Positions 40,109 to 51,006 of a stretch of 64,000 bases of DNA are shown here, piece by piece. Position 1 is the stretch's first letter. Each line of letters opens with the position of its first letter. This DNA comes from Dipteris shenzhenensis (taxonomy: Eukaryota). The stretch lies in NCBI GenBank assembly GCA_047967505.1, contig CM106538.1, one strand, 5' to 3'. The notes under the pieces are model-generated. The model saw only the letters and a list, made by a program, of their open reading frames with translations. It was not told where the DNA came from and ran no database searches. Position numbers and translations under genes: made by a program.

Positions 40109-40314
40109 GGAAGTGGTAAAAATGTAATGATTTTTGTTCATATATTGAAATCGCAGGAGCTGTAACTCTCTAACCATAGGGAGTTTGCTCTTGCTGTAAA
40201 AAGCAAAAATACTTCATTTTATGTGCTCTATCCACATCTCTTGCTAGATCGCTGATTCAGAACTTCTCCAAGCTCACTTCACGGATGCACGCCTCATGAG
40301 AAGGGTGGACATTT

Positions 40315-40725
40315 ATGTCACTTCTCGACGCGTTTAAGGAATTGATGCCTGTTCCTCCACACCTTACGGCTACCAATGCACGAGATGTCTTCCTTGATCT
40401 TCATGTCGACCTTCAACGGCTGATTGTCTAGTGCATTATTGAATGAGATGACGGGTGGAATGATACACCGTGGATGATTCATGGTGAAGAACTACTGATA
40501 CGCTGGGAGGATTTTGATTTTACTTCTACTCATTGTGCGGTGATCGAACTACTTGCTGCTTCAGAGGTAATTAAAACGGTGTCCTTCATTGAAGGGTGGG
40601 ATGCTCCCCAAGCTTGGGGGGAGATTTGGCACATCTGCCTTTTGATTCCTGTGGAAAAGCTCGTTCTGAATGGTTTATTCACAATCTCATTACAAAGGTT
40701 TCTAGGCCTCGGCTATGGTTGGTAA
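40315..40725 (+). pseudogene. X leader ORF1 (copy 2), 136 codons, unknown function
   Basis: MSLLDAFKEL..DDGWNDTPWMIHGEELLIRWEDFDF..EGWDAPQAWGEIWH..GLGYGW*; its internal stops are sense codons in copy 1. Confidence 0.7.
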
Positions 40726-40949
40726 TGTTTCGACCAAGGAATCCATTTGTACCTAATCAGCCTTTTGTGCCTCATTTCGAGCTTCAAATTGTAATTCTTT
40801 TTGGGCTTAAGATAAACTATCAATAAAGGATTGCAAGTTTATTTGGTGCTGAACGTTTGGCTGAAGTGTTGAATTCTCCCCACCCTCTCCTCCTACCTAT
40901 CTTGGACTATCGAGAAACTTGGGATGTCCGAATTTTAGTCTTGGTGTGA
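40725..40949 (+). pseudogene. X leader ORF2, 74 codons, unknown function; starts in TAATG and ends in TGATG
   Basis: MFRPRNPFVPNQPFVPHFELQ..RIASLFGAERLAEVLNSPHP..WDVRILVLV*; TAA at 40824 is CAA in copy 1, which instead has a 2-nt deletion. Confidence 0.6.
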
Positions 40950-41413
40950 TGACATCTTGGATTCTTCAATTTGATGGAGCTTACAAACCTTCGACCAAGG
41001 CGGCTCGCGTGGGTGTGAAGCTCATTTCACTGGGTGGTGAGGAGTATTGTTACAGCAAGTCTTCACCTGCAAGTACTTGCAATCAAGCTGAGTACTCGGG
41101 GCTCATTTTTGGGCTACAAAAGGCACAAGAACATCATGCCAAGAAATTGGAGGTGCAAGGAGATTCTCAACTAGTGTGTGAACAAGTTAGTGGAAGGTGG
41201 AAGGTGCGGAGCAAAGGCTTGGTTCCACGATATCAACAAGCCTTGGAACTTTGCAACCAATTTGAAGAGGTAAAAATTCAGCATATCCCTCGAACTCGAA
41301 ATCTTGTTGCTGATTTCTTGGCACGTGAAGCTTGTACTTCAATCACGCATGACGCGAGTGGAAGCGCCACCCCAACAAAGCCACAAGCCACGAAGGAGGG
41401 TGATCATTTGTAA
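40949..41413 (+). CDS. Stand-alone archaeal-type ribonuclease HI (aRH) upstream of gag, 154 aa, open
   Basis: All four acidic catalytic motifs: FDGA, NQAEY, GDSQLV, HIPRTRNLVADFLA. Confidence 0.9.
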   Translation: MTSWILQFDGAYKPSTKAARVGVKLISLGGEEYCYSKSSPASTCNQAEYSGLIFGLQKAQEHHAKKLEVQGDSQLVCEQVSGRWKVRSKGLVPRYQQALELCNQFEEVKIQHIPRTRNLVADFLAREACTSITHDASGSATPTKPQATKEGDHL

Positions 41414-41549
41414 GGAATGCAAAGGTTGTGGCCATCATGAAACTAAGTGTTGGGCATACTTGATACGAGTTCACCGACTTCGGCAGATCATCAGGAGGGT
41501 TCTCAAGGACATTGCTCAAAAGAAGGATGCCAGACCGCACACCCCTTGA
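41349..41549 (+). CDS. Small basic CCHC zinc-knuckle ORF (66 aa) overlapping the aRH 3' end
   Basis: CKECKGCGHHETKC fits C-X2-C-X4-H-X4-C; Arg/Lys-rich flanks. Confidence 0.55.
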   Translation: MTRVEAPPQQSHKPRRRVIICKECKGCGHHETKCWAYLIRVHRLRQIIRRVLKDIAQKKDARPHTP

Positions 41550-41828
41550 AGAAATTGTTTGCCTTGATGAACAACCTCATTCAACGCCGCGCCTCTAACC
41601 CTCGCTTGTAATGATCGATGTGATATCATGAGGGTTGGTCCTTTTAAGATTGTCTATGTGCTATTCTATGCTGAAGATTCTTCTCGTGTAATATTTCACA
41701 CTACACCCTAGTCACACCCTACCCTGCCTATGTGTGCTTTTTGGATGTATCTTCACCCGATTTTCAGTTCAAGCTTCCTCTTACTATTGTTCGTCCATAG
41801 ATAAGCCCCTCTTTTCCATCTTCTAAGC

Positions 41829-44450
41829 ATGGCTAACATTCCCGTGTTTTGTGGACAGGTAGAAGAAAATCCAAATGAGTATCTTGTGGCCTTCAAGCGC
41901 CATTGTGTTTCTCTCAACTTTCTTACTGAAGGCAGATGGCTATTGGTTCTTCCCACATTTCTAGAGGGTTTGGCTCAAGTGTGGTATGAGAAGCAAACCG
42001 AAGACGTTCGCCAAAGCTGGCCAAGGTTGACAGCAGCTATGATTGAGTATTTCGGCAAAGAAGAGGAGCCGGAGAATGTGTACCTGCAGGTGGCAGACTT
42101 GAAGCAGTCAGAAGGTGAGATGGCACGTTGATATGTGGATCGAGCGGCCGTGCTCCTAGACCATTTGATTGCCACACAGGAGGACAATGCCGGATTTCGT
42201 GCCGGAATGACTCAGCATGTGCTGGGCTACCTTGTAGCAGGAGCGAGTGATGAATTCTGCCTCAAGCTTAAATGGGAGAATCCAGAAACTATGGTGCTAG
42301 CGCATGAGACTGCTCAAAAGTTTGATAAAGTTCAGTCTGACCCCGCTTCAAAGAAGATGATTGTCCCTCCGCATCCCCCTCAATTCTTGCAACAACAACC
42401 TGGGGGGTCTGACTTAGGGGCATACCCCCACCCCTCATCACGGATGTATCCACCGCCTCCACCTCAGATGTATGGTCCTCCCTTAGATGCTTACCCTCAA
42501 CAAGGTGGATATCCTCATCCTCTGCCTCGAAGATTTCCCCAGCCTCGCCCACGAGCCCCCCTCCTCTCTACTCCCATGGCCCCTCCAACTAAAGAGGCCC
42601 CCTCTGCAACAGAACCTAGAGTCAATGACCTAGCCAAGGCCCTAAATGACCTTTGGCTTGAGATGGTGGGCAACAGAAATCAAGCCAACCGCCCTCCAAG
42701 AGATCGTGCTAATGTTGTATGCTATGAGTGCCACCAGAAGGGTCATTATTGCACAGAATGCCCCAATATTCCAAGGGTGAATCTTCTAAGTGAGTCGGGC
42801 ACTGAGGATTCTGATGTAGAGATCCTTGACCTCGGGAAAAGAAGTCGTGCCACCTCGGACCCCTCTCCATACCGGGCTGCCCCAGGAAGAAGGTGTCCTT
42901 CTCAGAGCCCTCAGATGCTGAGATGGCAGACCCACCAACAGAGAAGACTAAAAGATCTCGCAGGAGTAAGTGGTCACCCTCGGATTTTCCCATCGGCTTA
43001 GGGCAAGAGGACTATTCGGTCGTTCAGGACCTTGCTCATCGGTCTTTGAGCATCACACTCCCTCAAATAATAGCATTAAGCCCTAAGGTGAGACGTGACC
43101 TACAGCAAGGTCTCTCAACAAGGAAGAGCAAGAAAAAGGGAAAGGTACGAGAGGTATCTTTAATCTCTAAAGAAATTGATCGGCATCTGCATACAGTAGA
43201 TGTCATCATAGATAATTGCCGTGTCAAAAATGTGTGTGTTGATGGGGGAGCTGCATGTAATATCATGGTGCCCCGAATCATGAAGAAATTGAATTTGAAA
43301 TGTACAAGGCGTTCCTCCACTCGAATCAAGGTAGCAGATGGTCGACGACTCTCCACCATGGGAGTCATTGAGGATTTGCCCATCACTGTCAATGGGTTGA
43401 CCACCACTGTCAATTTCTATGTAGTGGACATTGAAGATACAGGCCAAAGTTACCCAGCCATACTTGGGAGACCATGGTTGAGAAAAAGTGATGCAGTCAG
43501 CTATTGGAAGACAGGACACATGTCTTTTGGTGCTTCGAAGGAGAAGATCCCAGTGCAACCTGGTGCCATGGAACTGGAAGAAGAAGAGGAGCATGAAAGT
43601 GATACTCTCTCATCCTCAGTGTCTGAGTCCATGGAAGAATCAGACGGGGGGGAGGAATTCTCAGAGGAGGAAGTTTACATGATGGGGGTGTCTCCGACCC
43701 TGACACCTACAGAAAAGATAACAGCTAGTCCTCAACAGCTCGAATCAATGCTTTCTCCAGACCTCACTCCAGGTGAGAAAGATGAGTTTCTTGAAATGTT
43801 CAAAGATTTCCCTGACCTCTTTGCAACTAGCTACCACCACCTTCGCCATGTGACTGCCATAGAGCACAAGATAGAGCTGAAGCCTGATGCAAAGCCTGTG
43901 GCTTAGATCAGTTCACAATACTGAATGGGTTTCACCAGTGGTAGTCATCCCAAAGAAAAACAAGTGGCGGGTCTGCATCAACTATAAGAAACTCAATGCT
44001 GCCACCAAGAGGGATCATCATCCCCTGCCCTTCATTCTTGAGAAGGTAAGTGGTCATGAGATGTATACTTTCTGTGATGGTTACTCTGGGTTTTATCAAA
44101 TCAGAATTGCCGAGGAAGATGTGCTTAAAACCACATTTGCCACACCCTGGGGGACATTTGCATTCAAAGTAATGCCATTTGGCCTCACCAATGCTCTTGC
44201 CACCTTTCAAAGATTTATGCAGATGGTGTTTGCTCCTTATTTGGGGGATTTCTTGGAGGTGTTTTTAGATGATTTTTGTATATTCTCATCATGTAAGGAG
44301 CACATCATGAAGGTTAGATTGGCCTTCCAAAGGGTCCATGATGCAAATGGCAGTCTCAACCCTGAGAAATGCACCATTGGAGCCACTCAAGGGAGGTTAT
44401 TGGGACATGTTGTCTCATCCGAGGGCATCAAGCCTGACCCCGAGAAGGTA
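41829..44450 (+). pseudogene. Gypsy gag-protease-RT of X copy 2 (stop at 42129, frameshift near 42880, deletion near 43907)
   Basis: ORFs 41829, 42135, 42893 and 43887 give gag, zinc knuckle, aspartic protease and RT in order. Confidence 0.92.
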
Positions 44451-45220
44451 GGGGGGAACTGTTATGGATAAAATTGTCTAAGGAAAAAGGCATTAATATG
44501 TGTGTGTGTTTGTATATGTGGCAATAGTATAATAAAATATGGTGTGCATAGGGCCCAGGGTTGAGGTGGCAGGGCATGACCATGTGCCACCCTTCCATGT
44601 AAGAGGACCCATAAGGTGTGTTGTACATAATCCATGATAGTAATATTATAAAATGCAAGGTGGCATGGCTCCTCCATGTGCCACCCCTCCACCTAGGCTG
44701 CATTTAGTGAGATATGGCTCAAAGTCCATGGGAGAAGCAATATAAAATAGGTGAAGATAGATATTATATTGAGTTATTCCCTCCATATGGGATAGGCCCA
44801 TGTGGGGGAGGTATAGAAGGACCAAGAGAACTAGTTAAATAATGGGGAAAGTAGGATGAGGTGGCAAGATTCCTTGTGCCAACCCTCCACTTGTCCTCCT
44901 AGAGGTTTGAACATATTATAAAATTGGAAAGAGACCAAGGGAGTATCATAGACTTGAGATATGGGGCTTGATTTATGTGGAAAATTGAGGCAAAGGGTTG
45001 TCGCACACAATTGAGAGTGCGTAACCACCTAGCCCACATGGGAGACTTTTCCACACACACCATGCTTGTGGGAGGATATATTAATGTGGAGAGACCCCCT
45101 CTTTTGGCTATAAAAGGAAGGGGAAATTCCTTGATGAGACATGCTCATTCTTGTAAAGCCACCTAGCTAGTATTTTGATATTTTCCTCTCATCCCTTCTT
45201 TCAAATAAAGTATGGTTCTC

Positions 45221-47850
45221 GCAAATCAAAGACCAAGGCATCCCAGTCTAAACCTCCTCATAGTCCTATGAATTGAATCGAGATATGTGGCCTTGTAAAA
45301 GCCCCAAGCCAAGTACAGGAATAGTGAGGTCTATCATATGTATCAATCTAATTTAAGGATATGCATGCATCAATGTGCTTAGTTCTCATTGCACTTCCTT
45401 TGAGGTGAACTAGTAGTTGGAATTTAGGATCCTCTGGAAGGTTTTTCAAATCCTTACAAAAGCGCATAAAGAAAGTAGGAGACCTCTCCCATTTAGACCA
45501 TTGCATATAACAGAAACACCAACTCATCTACCATGATCATCAAATATATTATCATTCCACGACATAATACCTATCAATCCCTTCTAGATAGAAGGGGGAA
45601 CTCTCCAAAGACTACTCTTGAAGCCACCCCAACTTTTTAGGATAATAACCATGAGAAGCCTGATAATGAGCTAAAGTAAAAATCCACCTAGTACTATCGA
45701 TCAAATCCCCAAGCATGGATGGAGAACATGACTGTATGTAATGGATGAAAAAATACCTTGAAGCCTATTGTGCTAGCAAAAGCCCTTTAACAAACACCTC
45801 GCTAGTGAGGCCTTGCACTGTAAGTCTAGATCAATGATATTGATGCCCGCTTCTTGCATGGGGAGAATCAAGGTCTCGCATCTCTAGTATTTGTTGAACC
45901 ATATATCCTTTGTGAGGCCCTCCTTTGCATATAAAGGATCTCAAATACTAATACCAATAGAGCATCATCTCACAAAAGGCTCATAGATTATTAGAACCAT
46001 CAAAAAGTGATATGAGTTGGAAGCCCCCCGTGAAATGCATAATGAGCCACCTCTTTGCCATATCCCTCTAATGCCTAATTTTCAACATTAAATCGATCAA
46101 TTATTGCATGGATGGGCATTTTTCATCTCTTATTCAACCATGTGAGCAAGAGTGAATGAGGCAGAAATGTAAAAGGCATCATCTATCCAAGCATCTTTGC
46201 CCCTAAACTAGATAAGGAAAGCATCCCAAGTTGGTCTCTCAAGTAAATGAATGCTACCTTATCTTTCCCCACTTTTATGTGAGGGAAAATCCACCATGCT
46301 TAAGTAACCTCCAATAATCTATGAGTCTACAATCAGGGCCAAGATAGAAGTTTCTTCCAAAAAATGACATGATCCCATCTATTGTTGGGGGCATCAATGC
46401 TGAGAAGACCAATCTTATGTCCCCAATCCAAATTAATTCTATTGTGATGTAGATCTCCCAACAAGGGGAAGAGAATTTGAAACAAAAATTCAAGTTCCTC
46501 CCCTAGTCCCTAAATAAAGAGACCAAAATGCATAGCTAGAAAGCAGTTTACTAGACTTTGCACAATCTTTAATTGTGTTCTTGAATGAAGAGAATGTCAC
46601 TAAGGCCCCTAGTGACACCTGGATGAAGCTAATTAAAAATTAGCTACTTGTAGTGGATATGAGTTACAACACCAAGGCCTTGAATATTCTAGCTAGATCC
46701 TTATTAGTGAAAGGTAGTAGGATAGAGAACTTATTGGACCTATCGGTAGAAACACCTCCCTCCTATGTAGAAGTTCTCATTGAGTGGTGCAAAGGAGGGA
46801 AGTCCATAGGGGAAATAACCCACACACCTATGGAGGAGGATGCTCTATCGATAGGAAAAGCAAGCACCATGTCACCAAAGGTAGAGGTCAGAAACTTTAC
46901 AACTCCAAAATTAGCTAGAGGATAGATTCTAAAAGAGTTTCTCTAAATCAAGCATGATGTCGAAGGACATAAGCTCCCTACTTGTAAGAGAGCTATGTAG
47001 GAGACACATTCGTTCCTCAATCAATGATGGATTTTTGAAGACTAATATGGAAGGGGTATTGTTAAATGGTTTGGAAAAGAAACTAAAGGAACATCATCAT
47101 TAGTCTTGATCAAAGCTAGGTTAGGGGCATCACTAGTCATGACTTGAATTGGGTCAAGGGAATCATTAGCCATGACTAGAAGGGGAATATCACTAGCCTT
47201 AACCAAAGAAGGGTCCAAGGCAAGAGAAGGGGTCTCCTATCTATAGGTGGGTGGATGAGCACCAGATCTAACTGCAACCCAACACATGGTAGTAGCTACA
47301 AGATGTGTAGTAGCTACATGACATGTAGGAGGTGCTAATGAATTACTTTAATGAGGACGAGGAGAAGCCACAATAGAAGAAAATTTGGGCCTTTTCTTCT
47401 TCTTTGATAAATCTCTAGTGAAATGCCCAAAGGTCCTACATATTCAACACTAATATTTCTTGACTGTGATCTCAACTCTCTCCCAAAAAAGAGATCCATA
47501 AAAACACTACAGCATGATGTGGGAACTGAGAGTATTAGTTTAAGATATCATGACCCTAGCTCTAATTTTTTGCCTTTTTCGTGGAAGAGGGTAGGCCAGG
47601 GAGGGGGTGATCTCTATGACCAGTCGAGAAGAAGCTCTAATCCTAGCTAAAAGCTGATGGTAAACTTGAGGTAGACTTGGAATCTAGTGAAAACTAAAGT
47701 CACCTACTTGTACTCCTCTACAAGGTGAAAAACTAACAATAATGGTTTGAAAAAGGTCTTCTTGGAACAAGTACTACAAGACTAGCATTGAGCACCATGC
47801 TCATAGTTCTAAGAGAGCCAAAAGCCACCTAAAAGGAACATGTCTCAGTA
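45221..47850 (-). mobile_element. Probable highly degenerate non-LTR (L1-like LINE) relic
   Basis: Minus-strand fragment LIDYWR..GGFSLT resembles an APE endonuclease segment; S/P-rich ORF1-like stretch upstream. Weak motif support only. Confidence 0.4.
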
Positions 47851-48407
47851 ATTAAACATTAAATTGAATATCCATCTATCACTTGGCAAAGGTTGAAAGG
47901 TGAGATTGGTGGGAGAGGGAAAGTGAGAAAGAGGTTGAATGGGGAGGATCCTAGTAATCAAACATTAAATTGAAGACCCATCTATCACTTGGAGAAGGTT
48001 GAAGGGTGAGGCTAGGAGAGGGAGATGAAGAGGTTGAATGGGGAGACAAAGGGAGGTAGGGGTCGAGAGGAGGTGGCTGAGATGGAGAGAAAAGGGAGAG
48101 GAGGGAACATCTAAGAGGAGGAGGGGCTGAGAGGGAGAGAGAGGGGAGGGGAGGATAGGGGCTGAGAGAGGGAAATATTTAGAGATGAAGGGCAAGGAGT
48201 AAGGAGAAGGTGGAAGGTGCTGAGAGGTGGGTTAGCAATAGGTTAGGCAAGGGGAGTGGGGGGTAGAGAGGTAGGCTAGCCGGAAGCGAGTGAGGGGCAA
48301 AGAGATGAGATAGTAGGCAATCAGGAAGTACAGTGAAGCAGAAGAGAGGAGTAAAGAGAGGTTTCTAGTAGTAGGGGAAAGGAGAGAGAGAGAGAGAGAG
48401 AGAGAGA

Positions 48408-50969
48408 TGTTAGAACATGAAGTCAAGTTGAGTGTTCTAGTGTGTACTAGGAACTAGTATTTGTGTGAGAGTGCCACGTGTCATATTGGGAATAATCCCA
48501 TATACACTAGGTACTTTAGTTTGTGTATGCACTCTATAAGAGTGTTGTACTTCCTTGTGTCAAATCAGAGGAGTCAACATCTACATCAAGCTTTCTATCA
48601 TGTGAGTACTTTGGTTATCTTTGCTTTGCTCTAGCTTTTTCATTATCTTTCCATTCCATTCTTGCACCTTCATGTGGTATCAGAGCCAGCAGCTCCCCTT
48701 CCTCTTTGCCTTTCAAGGAATTGAGTTGAGAGAGGCCAGAAAGAGAAGCTTCTCTCTCTCTCTCTCCTTGGAAGGCTTCCCTTCCCGTACCCCTTCATGT
48801 GGAGCTGGAGCTTCCCTGTGGTCTTCATCAACATGTAGCTGTTCATGATTTCCCTCTTCATTTGCCATCTTCTCCTCCAAATCTGGCCGCTCCCCTCGTG
48901 TTTGCTGCCCGCCACCTCGCCATTCTCTTGCTGCTGCCCGCCACCTCTTACCTTGCCATTCTCTTACTACTGCCCGCCACCTCTTCTCACCTACCTCGCC
49001 ATTCTCTTGCTACTGGCCCGCCTCTACATTAGACTGCCACTACCCTGCTGCTGCTCACCTCTACATCATGTCGCTCCTATTTGTCCCTGATGTTGCTCAA
49101 AATCTGCGCGAAGTTCTGTCCCATCCTTCAGCTTTTACTATAGTCCTCTCTGAAAAAGCAGGCATGGAGCTAGTGGAGGTGTACGTTTTGCGAGTTAAAC
49201 TTGCTTCGACGTGCTTGCCATGCTTGTCGACCGTTTCACAATGTGCACTCAAAGCGCAATCGTGGGAAGATCTTCAGTGCGTTGTTTGTCGAAGAGGATT
49301 TTTTTTTCTGCTTGTTTGTGAATAAGACATGTTGGCTGCTTTGGAAAGCTCTCCTCAAGGATCGTGAAGCGTTTTTGCTGTCTCCGAGGATGTAATTGTT
49401 CGACACACAGCAGTGTATGGAGGGATGTGATCATCTTACTTTTGAAAATTGTAAGATGAGCATGATTGCCTTTTGATAGCTCTTGAAGGATGAACACCCA
49501 CGTTGCCATTGAACTTTGTAAGATGAGCATGATTGCCTTTTGATAGCTCTTGAAGGATGAACACCCATGTTGCCATTGACAAGTTCAATGGCCAAGGATT
49601 CCACACCTGGCAAATGAAGATCAAGTTCCACTTGATGAAGTACAATCTATGGAATCTGGTCAAGGGAACTTCTTCATCAAAAGAGAGGGAAAAGGAACCT
49701 CAATGTCTCGAGCAAGCATTCGCAATCATTGCATTGGGTCTTGGAGACAATTATCTGCATCACATTGCCAATCTTGAAGATCCTGCTGAAGCTTGGGCTG
49801 TGCTTGACCACTTATTTGGTGCAAGTAGCAAGCATTCTAAGCTGTCACTCAAGATTGAGTTCTTTGAGTTAGAGCTGACATCTGGAGCACCTCTTGATGC
49901 TCACATCAACAAAATGAGAAGTCTCATGAACCAGTTAGCTTCGGTTGATTCACCGGTGATAGAAGATGATTCTATGGCAGTGCTTCTCAAAAGCATGCCA
50001 AAAGAATACGACAACCTGGTAATCACGCTAAAATATGGTCCTAATCCTTCATTTGAAGGAATCATAAGTGCATTGCAGGAAGAGGAAAGGAAGAAAGAGA
50101 AACAGAAGGATGAGGGAGAACTAGCTTTGGCAACCAAGTTCAAAAGGATGAATTTTAAAGCTTGTAAACATTGTGGCAAAAACAATCATGATGAGAAAAA
50201 TTGCTTTCACATCAAGCCATGTGGGATTTGTGGCAAGAATGGCCACTCTGAAAGTAACTGTTTCTCAAAGAAAAATTCAGCAAATATGGTGGAGGACACA
50301 AGTGATGAAAGGGCATATATGGTAGATGATAAAGATTTTTGTTTCTAAGGTTCCTTGCCTGGATCATGTTTCCAAAAAGGATTTTGTAAACCTATTGCAA
50401 CCGCTATGAGTATGCAAAGGTATCTTGTCTTAATCTGTTTGACCTCTTAGAGGTATCTATTATGTTTTGTGTGTTTATCCTGGTATATCCCATATTATGT
50501 ACCTATCCAAGGATGTCCAACTTGCATGAGAGACTAGAGCCGTGGATTTATACTTGACCAGAGACCCCGGCATGAGAGATCATGAGCCTATGATTTATCC
50601 TTGCAGTATGAGGCATTTCCTTGAGGGGGGATTTGTTGGGAATATCAAGGAACTACATTTTTTTATGGACTCATGCTATCACTCACCTTTCCTTCATGGG
50701 GGGGTGTTAGAACATGAAGTCAAGTTGAGTGTTCTAGTGTGTACTAGGAACTAGTATTTGTGTGAGAGTGCCACGTGTCATATTGGGAATTATCCCATAT
50801 ACACTAGGTACTTTAGTTTGTGTGTGCACTCTATAAGAGTGTTGTACTTCCTTGTGTCAAATCAGAGGAGTCAACATCTACATCAAGCTTTCTATCATGT
50901 GAGTACTTTGGTTATCTTTGCTTTGCTCTAGCTTTTTCATTATGTCTTTCCATTCCATTCTTGCACCTT

Positions 50970-50971
<2 letters not shown>
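48408..50971 (+). mobile_element. Gag-only LTR element W (TR-GAG-like); LTRs 48408-48672 and 50705-50971; inserted in a (GA)n tract
   Basis: TG..CA, near-identical LTRs; PBS TGGTATCAGAGCC at 48675; G-run PPT; (GA)n on both flanks; no pol. Confidence 0.95.
49557..50348 (+). CDS. gag: Intact Copia-type Gag with two CCHC knuckles, 263 aa
   Basis: DKFNGQGFHTWQMKIK, UBN2-like core, CKHCGKNNHDEKNC and CGICGKNGHSESNC, ends DKDFCF*. Confidence 0.9.
   Translation: MNTHVAIDKFNGQGFHTWQMKIKFHLMKYNLWNLVKGTSSSKEREKEPQCLEQAFAIIALGLGDNYLHHIANLEDPAEAWAVLDHLFGASSKHSKLSLKIEFFELELTSGAPLDAHINKMRSLMNQLASVDSPVIEDDSMAVLLKSMPKEYDNLVITLKYGPNPSFEGIISALQEEERKKEKQKDEGELALATKFKRMNFKACKHCGKNNHDEKNCFHIKPCGICGKNGHSESNCFSKKNSANMVEDTSDERAYMVDDKDFCF

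Positions 50972-51006
<35 letters not shown>

Larger units (their letters stand above)
35979..45220 (+). mobile_element. Gypsy family X copy 2: 5' LTR 35979-39970 (split by element Y), internal 39971-44459, 3' LTR from 44460 truncated at ~45220; RH and integrase deleted
   Basis: Near-identical LTR sequences; PPT AGGGGGGAAC before 44460; gag 41829 (CYECHQKGHYCTEC), protease VDGGAACNIM, RT WVSPVV..FLDDF ending at PDPEKV. Confidence 0.93.

Noticed and set aside
40949-41413. Host or bacterial rnhA gene, or contamination
   Set aside because: Lies between LTR and gag at the same position in two element copies.
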